DNA from: Tetramitus jugosus | Lineage: Eukaryota; Protista; Heterolobosea | NCBI GenBank assembly: GCA_937625935.1 | Contig: OW569375.1 | Location: 1 to 64,000 of the forward strand | Direction: 5' to 3' | Length of the DNA: 64,000 bases | The notes under the pieces: generated by a model | Seen by the model: only the letters and a program-made list of their open reading frames with translations | The model's database searches: none | What the model was told of the DNA's origin: nothing | Shown here: piece by piece, positions 56,971 through 64,000 of the stretch | Layout: each line of letters opens with the position of its first letter | Position numbering within the stretch: the first letter of the stretch is position 1 | Made by a program: the position numbers and the translations under genes

Positions 56971-59900
56971 ATGTCGGCGGCAGAGTCTGATTATGTTTGT
57001 TTTGAACGGAGCAGTTGGCGAGAGGTTCAAGAGACAAACATACATTTTTATAGAAGAAAGCACCAACCGAAAACTCAAGCACATTCACAAGTCTTCCAGA
57101 TGAAGAAGTCATTATCACGAAATCTGGTCTCCACACCATGGTGGAGTTCCCCATTTGCTCACAAGTTCAAGGGTTTATTAAGATCATCACAGAGTGCATG
57201 CACAATCATCGCACATACCTTTTTCATGAGTTTTATGACATGCCAGGTGTTTTTGACTCAGAGAAACAAGGGTAGAGACAAGAATGGAACGATTCAATTG
57301 TTGTTGAACCTATTGGGAGTTCATATGGTGTTTCAGATACTCCTTCTGTGTGCTTACCTGTACTACTTAACAAAAGAGTTTGACGATCCTTATCACAAGA
57401 GCGAGATACTAGTAGAGGAAAAGTCTTCAACATCGACGGTAGAGTGTGATAGAGCAATCATACGATACCTGTGGGTCGTTTGCTGTGCATGCGGAGTGAT
57501 TCATTTCACTTCTTGTTTCTTCCTGGGATCAGAGATGGAGATAATAACTCTTCTCATCTATCCTTTCTTCAGCGTTATTGGCATAGGTGATCTCAATCAA
57601 AAGAACCTTACAAGAGTCGCTTGTTTGACGACATACTGCTGTTGTTTGATTCTGGGGACAGAACCATTGGTCAAATACGTGATACATTCTTTGCATTGGA
57701 ATCAAGGATGGCTCTTGTTGATTGAAGAATCAATGAGCTTCTATGGCACACCTGCATGCTCCCTATGTAGATTCTTTCATTTCCTTCCAGCACTCATGCT
57801 GTACTGCTGGAGGAATTTTCAAATCACAATTTTTCAAGAAGGAGTCGCTCAGTGGAGAAGGCACACACACGATAAGAATGTTATGTTGGATACAGTTTTG
57901 GACAACCTGCCTGGGGTTCTCTATTCGTATGACAAAGATATGACCATTAGGTACATGAAGGGGCTGGGGTTGGCAAAGTATGGTGTAAAACAAAGTTCTT
58001 GGCTCGGAGTGAATCTGGAGAAGTTCAATCAGGATGTCCTGCAAATGAACAAATCTACGAAAGAGCTAAAGATGACTCATCATCGAAGGGCGCTCAGTGG
58101 TGAAGCGAACACCTATTTCTGCCGAATACAAATCCCCAATACCGATCTTGAGTTTGCAGCCTATAATACCTCCATAGTGCCCATTAGGGACTCTCAGGGA
58201 GAGGTAGTAGGAGTGACAGTAATGTCCCTCGATGTTACCGAGTTAATAGTTGCGCAGGAGGCAAAGTCTGTGTCAGAAGAGCATTATCGAACGTTGGTTG
58301 AGTCAATTGATGATGTGATTATGAAGATCAACAACAAGCATTCCATACTGTTCGTGAATCGAGATTTCTTGGGTATTGACAGAGAAACGACGGTTGGACG
58401 TTCGTTCCTTGATGTACTAGACCAAAATCGCACACATGACGTCAGTAACAAGCTAGACAACTTATTCAAGAACAATGAGCGGTGTTCGTGGGAGTGGAGT
58501 AATGTTGTGCATGGCGAACAAAAACACTTTTCGAGTAGAGTGGTTCCCATTGTCAGTGATTCCTCGTCTGCTGAATGTGCCATTGTTATTACCTCCGATA
58601 TCACACAAAAGAAAAGGGTGCTTGAACAAGAGCGAGAGGTGAATGAAATGAGAATTGCATCAAAGTCCAAAACTGCATTCATTTGCGAAATGAGTCATGA
58701 GATTAGAAACCCCTTGAACATTGTCATGGGAAGCTTGCATTTGCTTGCAAGTACAAAAGGTTTGAACAAGACTCAACTTGATTACTTGAATGATGCCAAT
58801 GAGAATTTGAAGTTATTGTTGGCTATTATATCAGATGTGCTCGATATTTCAAAGGTTGAAGCTGGAAAATTGCAGATTATCGAGGAGAGTGCCAGTGTGT
58901 TGGATATTGTTGAAACAACTGCCAATATGATACAATCTCAAGCATATGGAAAAGGATTGTCTCTTTTCACTCATGTTGACTGTCGAATACCATATCGAGT
59001 TCGTTGTGACCGGTTCAGAATCAGTCAAATATTGCTCAACTTCTTGGGAAATTCCATCAAGTTCACAAACAGAGGATACATTTGTTTGACAGCTGAATTA
59101 GTGAGTGAAACAGAAACAGAAGCAGAGATAAAGTTCACATGCAAAGATACTGGTTTTGGGATCAAGGATGAAGACAAAGAAAAAGTGTTTGAATCATTCT
59201 ATCAAGTTAAGGAGCAATCTCAACCACAACAGTATGCTGGTTGGGGACTGGGATGCGCTATATGTGTGAAATTGGCAGAGTTGATGAAAGGACAAGTTGG
59301 ATTAAAAAGTGATTATGGACTTGGTAGCGAATTCTATTTCACAGCCAAGTTACCAAAGGTTTCTGAGCTAACAAGTGCTCGAGTGACACGACTTGAAGAA
59401 GAATTGATCCAATCAGACTATTCCACGACGTTTGTTATTGATAGCGAGCATTTATCCAAGCCCCATATTGAGGATTATTTGAAGAAACTGGGAGTAACTC
59501 GAGCCATTTTCTTTGGAGAGAATGAAAAACTCGACGAAACACGTACTATTATTGAATGTTATGCAAGAGATCACCCAAGCGAAAACATTGCAGTAATTGT
59601 AAATAGTTATCACTATGATGCATTGGATCATTTGTTGTCCAAGTATTCCAGAGTGAAACTTCTGTTGTTTCAACAGACACGGATATCACAAAATTGTTCA
59701 ATATCGACAGATGAACAAGATGTTACCCTTACTTCTCCCAGAGCGGTTACATTGTCTCTACCAATTCGATTGAATCGACTGATGTGTGCTCTGACAAATT
59801 CCGAACACTCTGAATTGAATTCATTGAATAGAGACTTGGATGTGAAGTGTTTATCTCTCAATAGCACAACTGACAATCAACCATGTCGAAAGAATTCAAA

Positions 59901-60288
59901 ATCATTTAACTTTGATGTGGAGGTACTCTGTGTGGAAGATAATATGATCAACAGAAAGATTCTTTGCAACATGTTGCACAATCTTGGAGTGAGGAAAGTG
60001 GATGCGGCAGTCAATGGTTTGGAAGGTTTGAACAAAGTCAAGCAGAAGAAGGAACCTTACTCAATTATTTTCATGGACTTGATGATGGACAAGATGAATG
60101 GAAATGAATGCACAGAAGAGATTCGAAAACTAACAGGTGAGAAAGCTCAGACTCCAATTATTGCTTGCACTGCCAATGCTGATATTCAGAGTATTTCGAC
60201 TTATTTATCTCGTTCCTTCAATGGTGTCATCACAAAACCCATCAGTGCTGAAAAACTCTTGAAGACCCTACAACAATATGGTGGGTAA
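56971..60288 (+). CDS. Hybrid sensor histidine kinase (TM-PAS-PAS-HisKA-HATPase-receiver), copy 1
   Basis: MSHEIRNPL, QILLNFLGNSIKFT, DTGFGI, GWGLG, receiver VEDN..FMDLMM..TKP; start codon uncertain. Confidence 0.93.
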   Translation: MSAAESDYVCFERSSWREVQETNIHFYRRKHQPKTQAHSQVFQMKKSLSRNLVSTPWWSSPFAHKFKGLLRSSQSACTIIAHTFFMSFMTCQVFLTQRNKGRDKNGTIQLLLNLLGVHMVFQILLLCAYLYYLTKEFDDPYHKSEILVEEKSSTSTVECDRAIIRYLWVVCCACGVIHFTSCFFLGSEMEIITLLIYPFFSVIGIGDLNQKNLTRVACLTTYCCCLILGTEPLVKYVIHSLHWNQGWLLLIEESMSFYGTPACSLCRFFHFLPALMLYCWRNFQITIFQEGVAQWRRHTHDKNVMLDTVLDNLPGVLYSYDKDMTIRYMKGLGLAKYGVKQSSWLGVNLEKFNQDVLQMNKSTKELKMTHHRRALSGEANTYFCRIQIPNTDLEFAAYNTSIVPIRDSQGEVVGVTVMSLDVTELIVAQEAKSVSEEHYRTLVESIDDVIMKINNKHSILFVNRDFLGIDRETTVGRSFLDVLDQNRTHDVSNKLDNLFKNNERCSWEWSNVVHGEQKHFSSRVVPIVSDSSSAECAIVITSDITQKKRVLEQEREVNEMRIASKSKTAFICEMSHEIRNPLNIVMGSLHLLASTKGLNKTQLDYLNDANENLKLLLAIISDVLDISKVEAGKLQIIEESASVLDIVETTANMIQSQAYGKGLSLFTHVDCRIPYRVRCDRFRISQILLNFLGNSIKFTNRGYICLTAELVSETETEAEIKFTCKDTGFGIKDEDKEKVFESFYQVKEQSQPQQYAGWGLGCAICVKLAELMKGQVGLKSDYGLGSEFYFTAKLPKVSELTSARVTRLEEELIQSDYSTTFVIDSEHLSKPHIEDYLKKLGVTRAIFFGENEKLDETRTIIECYARDHPSENIAVIVNSYHYDALDHLLSKYSRVKLLLFQQTRISQNCSISTDEQDVTLTSPRAVTLSLPIRLNRLMCALTNSEHSELNSLNRDLDVKCLSLNSTTDNQPCRKNSKSFNFDVEVLCVEDNMINRKILCNMLHNLGVRKVDAAVNGLEGLNKVKQKKEPYSIIFMDLMMDKMNGNECTEEIRKLTGEKAQTPIIACTANADIQSISTYLSRSFNGVITKPISAEKLLKTLQQYGG

Positions 60289-60923
60289 ATTGTACGCATA
60301 GTAAGACTATTGGGCTTTGGAACGGAGACGAAAGTTACAGTTACAACTTTGGCTGCTTCTTCGATCACTCTACGTTCGGTCGAGCGGTTGTGTGCAACTA
60401 TGATGGTAACACCATCAAGGCATTCAGAAAAGGCAATAAACTTTGTAAACACTTCCTTTTCAGATACTGCGTTTTTGCTTATTGCATACTTGGTTGTTTG
60501 ATTAGAAAAAAAATGGATCCAATGCATTTGGCAATGTAGTCGTTCACTGGAATCACAACATCTCCACCTTGATGAAAGTAATCTCCATTGGAGGAGGTTA
60601 ACCGTTCTGCTATTCCTTGTTTCATCTCGATCTTGCTTATGGGGATAGTGCAACCCCCTTGGATCTCATTGTCTTTACTTCCAGTGCTGACCTTTCAACT
60701 TGTCTTTACTTAACTAAACTCTTTAGTCTACTGCATGCTTTCTATCGCGGTATTTGCATTTGTGGGATACTTCGAAGGACATTAACACACTTACGTCAGA
60801 TATGTGCTTCACAAAAGGAGAAACAACATCGAAAGCAGACAAAAAAAATTTCTTTGTTAAACAAAGCTCAAAATTCCTTTTTTCACCAAAGGCTTTTCCT
60901 TTTAAAGTCGTGCGGAGTTTCCC

Positions 60924-63900
60924 ATGTTTCATGATCTGAGCGACACTAACTCGAGACAATACAAGGTTTCAACACCATCGAACCAGAGAATACATCATTC
61001 CTACTTTTCGATGAAATCAACATCGTGGAACTTTCCATCAACCCACACGTTCAGAGGACTGTTAAGATCATCCCAGAATGCTTACACGATCATTCTCCAT
61101 GCCTTTTTCATGTGTGGCATGACATATCAGGCGTTCATGAGTCAAAGAAACAAGGGACGAGACAACAATGGAACAATTCATTTTTTACTGAACTTGTTGG
61201 GATTTCATATGATTTTTCAGATACTTCTGCTTTGTGTGTACCTCTACTATTTGGCAAAGGAGTTTGATGATTCGTGTGGTCAGAGCGATGCCGATTCAAC
61301 GAGCAACTTTCTGGTGCCCACTTCCCCAATGTCTTCAGCAGTTTTTCATTTCTCGGAATATGATAAGAAGATCGTTGGTCATCTGTGGTTCTTACATTCT
61401 GCATGTGGGGTGATTCATCTCACATTTTGCTTCCTTCTGGGATTAGAGATGGAAGCACCAACTCTTCTCGCCTATCCTTTCTTCAGCGCTTTCAGCATTG
61501 GTGGTTCCAATCCATACAACTTTACAAGAATTGGTTGTTTGACGACATACTGCTGCTGTTTGATTCTGGGGACAGAACCATTGATCAAATACATGATACA
61601 TTCTTTGCATTGGAATCAAGGATGTTTCTTGTTGATTGAAGAATCAATGAGCTTCTATGGAAAACCGGCTTGTTCAATATGTAGATTCTTCCACTTTCTT
61701 CCATTGTTCATTCTGTACTGCTGGAGGAACATACAAATAAGAATTTTTCAGGAGGGAGTAGCCCAGTGGAAACGAAACACACAAGAGAAAGCTGTTCTAC
61801 TGGAGACGATCATGACCAATCTACCCGGAGTGTTGTACTCGTATGACAAGAATTTGGTCATCAAGTATATGGGTGGATTGGGTTTACCTAGGTTTGGTCT
61901 TGAGCCAGGTTCATTCGTGGGAATGAACCTGGAAGAGTTCAATGAACATGTTGTGGAAGATAAAACGGTTATACGGGAAAAGATGAAGCAGCATCGAAGA
62001 GCTCTCGAAGGTGAATCATGCAGCTATTTCAGTCGAGTTAAGCTCCCTGTATCTCACATTGATTTTGGAGCTTATAAAACATCAATGATGCCCATTAGAG
62101 ACCCTCAGGGAGAGGTTGTTGGAGTTGCTGCGATGGCTCTAGACATTACAGAGTTAATTGTGGCACAGGAAGCAAAGTCAGTGTCCGAAAAGAATTATCG
62201 AACATTGGTGGAATCGATAGATGATGTAATTATGAAGATTAATGACAAGAATACTATTTTATTCGTGAATAGAAACTTCTTGAACTTTGACAGAGACCAC
62301 ATGGCAGGTCGTTCGTTACTTGATATAATGGGCCGGAATCAAATGATTGAAATAAGTGTAAAACTGGAAAGTCTGTTCAAGAACAAGGAGTGGTTTTCAT
62401 GGGAGTGGAGTATTGTTGTGCATGGCGAACAAAAACACTTTTCGAGTAGAGTGGTTCCCATTGTCAGTGATTCCTCGTCTGCTGAATGTGCCATTGTTAT
62501 TACCTCCGATATCACACAAAAGAAAAGGGTGCTTGAACAAGAGCGAGAGGTGAATGAAATGAGAATTGCATCAAAGTCCAAAACTGCATTCATTTGCGAA
62601 ATGAGTCATGAGATTAGAAATCCATTGAATATTGTCATGGGAAGCTTGCATTTGCTTGCAAGTACAAAGGGTTTGAACAAGACTCAACTTGATTACTTGA
62701 ATGATGCCAATGAGAATTTAAAGTTATTGTTGGCAATTATTTCAGATGTGCTCGATATTTCAAAGGTTGAAGCTGGAAAATTGCAGATTATCGAGGAAAG
62801 TGCCAGTGTGCTGGATATTGTCGAAACGACTGCCAATATGATACAATCTCAAGCATATGGAAAAGGATTGTCTCTTTTCACTCATGTTGACTGTCGAATA
62901 CCATATCGAGTTCGCTGTGACCGTTTCAGAATCAGTCAAATATTGCTCAATTTCTTGGGAAATTCCATCAAGTTCACAAACAGAGGATACATTTGTTTGA
63001 CAGCTGAATTAGTGAGTGAAACAGAAGCAGAAGCAGAGATAAAGTTCACATGCAAAGATACTGGTTTTGGGATCAAGGATGAAGACAAAGACCAAGTATT
63101 CGAGCCATTCTATCAAGTCAAGGAACAAACACAACCACAAAAGTATGCTGGTTGGGGATTGGGATGTGCCATATGTGTTCGATTAGCAGATTTGATGAAG
63201 GGTCGAGTTGGATTGAACAGTCACTATGGTGAAGGTAGTGAATTCCATTTCACAATTTCGTTACCCAAGCTTCCTAATGTGACCAGTGCTCGTGTGACAC
63301 GGATAGAGGAGGAATTGGCATTATCAGATTATTCCACTGTATTTGTCCTGAATTGCGAGACCATTGATGCATCTCAACAATATATGGTGGATTATCTGAA
63401 GAAGCTTGGGGTTTCTAACATAACGATACCGCCAAAAGAAAAAGGAACATACGGTGATACTTCATCAATTGAGTGTTATGCTAGAAATCATGCCAGTGAG
63501 AGTATAGCAATTATTGCAAACGGTTACCACTATAGTGAATTAGATCATTTTCTTTCCAAGTTTTCCAATGTGAAACTGCTGCTGCTACAACAGCCACAGG
63601 ACGATGCACAACATGTTGAACTCAAATCTCCCAGAGCAGTCACATTGTCTTTACCAGTTCGGTTAAATCGCTTGATGATGGCCCTGACAAATTCTGAACA
63701 CTCTGAATTGAATTCATTGAATAGAGACTTGGATGTGAAGTGTTTATCTCTCAATAGCACAACTGACAACCAACCATGTCGAAAGAATTCCAAATCATTT
63801 AACTTTGATGTGGAGATACTCTGTGTGGAAGATAATATGATCAACAGAAAGGTTCTTTGCAACATGTTGCACAATCTTGGAGTGAGGAAAGTGGATGCGG

Positions 63901-64000
63901 CAGTCAATGGTTTGGAAGGTTTGAACAAAGTCAAGGAGAAGAAGGAACCATACTCAATTATTTTCATGGACTTGATGATGGACACGATGGATGGAATTGA
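60924..64000 (+). CDS. Hybrid sensor histidine kinase, tandem copy 2 (runs off the window; absent from the ORF track)
   Basis: Open frame from ATG 60924 to the window end, collinear with copy 1, with the same H-box, G-box and receiver motifs. Confidence 0.9.
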   Translation, partial: MFHDLSDTNSRQYKVSTPSNQRIHHSYFSMKSTSWNFPSTHTFRGLLRSSQNAYTIILHAFFMCGMTYQAFMSQRNKGRDNNGTIHFLLNLLGFHMIFQILLLCVYLYYLAKEFDDSCGQSDADSTSNFLVPTSPMSSAVFHFSEYDKKIVGHLWFLHSACGVIHLTFCFLLGLEMEAPTLLAYPFFSAFSIGGSNPYNFTRIGCLTTYCCCLILGTEPLIKYMIHSLHWNQGCFLLIEESMSFYGKPACSICRFFHFLPLFILYCWRNIQIRIFQEGVAQWKRNTQEKAVLLETIMTNLPGVLYSYDKNLVIKYMGGLGLPRFGLEPGSFVGMNLEEFNEHVVEDKTVIREKMKQHRRALEGESCSYFSRVKLPVSHIDFGAYKTSMMPIRDPQGEVVGVAAMALDITELIVAQEAKSVSEKNYRTLVESIDDVIMKINDKNTILFVNRNFLNFDRDHMAGRSLLDIMGRNQMIEISVKLESLFKNKEWFSWEWSIVVHGEQKHFSSRVVPIVSDSSSAECAIVITSDITQKKRVLEQEREVNEMRIASKSKTAFICEMSHEIRNPLNIVMGSLHLLASTKGLNKTQLDYLNDANENLKLLLAIISDVLDISKVEAGKLQIIEESASVLDIVETTANMIQSQAYGKGLSLFTHVDCRIPYRVRCDRFRISQILLNFLGNSIKFTNRGYICLTAELVSETEAEAEIKFTCKDTGFGIKDEDKDQVFEPFYQVKEQTQPQKYAGWGLGCAICVRLADLMKGRVGLNSHYGEGSEFHFTISLPKLPNVTSARVTRIEEELALSDYSTVFVLNCETIDASQQYMVDYLKKLGVSNITIPPKEKGTYGDTSSIECYARNHASESIAIIANGYHYSELDHFLSKFSNVKLLLLQQPQDDAQHVELKSPRAVTLSLPVRLNRLMMALTNSEHSELNSLNRDLDVKCLSLNSTTDNQPCRKNSKSFNFDVEILCVEDNMINRKVLCNMLHNLGVRKVDAAVNGLEGLNKVKEKKEPYSIIFMDLMMDTMDGI

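Overview
Left end of a compact eukaryotic chromosome (standard genetic code, short GT-AG introns), most consistent with a heterolobosean (Naegleria-like) amoeba; the taxon is inferred from gene content, not proven. It opens with 96 perfect (CCCAAA) telomere repeats, followed by about 10 kb of subtelomere made mostly of disrupted genes. The main find is a 2.17-kb non-autonomous DNA transposon (2812-4985) with terminal inverted repeats and TTAA on both sides. It carries only a Fanzor (eukaryotic TnpB-derived, RNA-guided RuvC nuclease, Fanzor1-like, about 660 aa once two frameshifts are corrected) and has a hairpin-rich candidate omega-RNA at its 3' end. Next to it lie a frameshifted Crinkler-type REase+kinase gene, an F-box-LRR gene and an F-box/degenerate-GTPase gene. 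From about 10.4 kb the region is gene-dense and intact: a giant lectin/EGF/REJ/GPS/TM/RGS receptor, a CitE-like lyase, a kinesin, a RING E3, a mitochondrial carrier, a head-to-head divergent SMC + CAP-D2-like pair, a ZnF-UBP sirtuin, MSH2, a carboxypeptidase, F-box-JmjC, AAGAB, OTU1, a yellow/MRJP protein, a metallophosphoesterase, and two tandem hybrid histidine kinases with patchy near-identity. All family calls come from motif recognition by eye; no searches were run.
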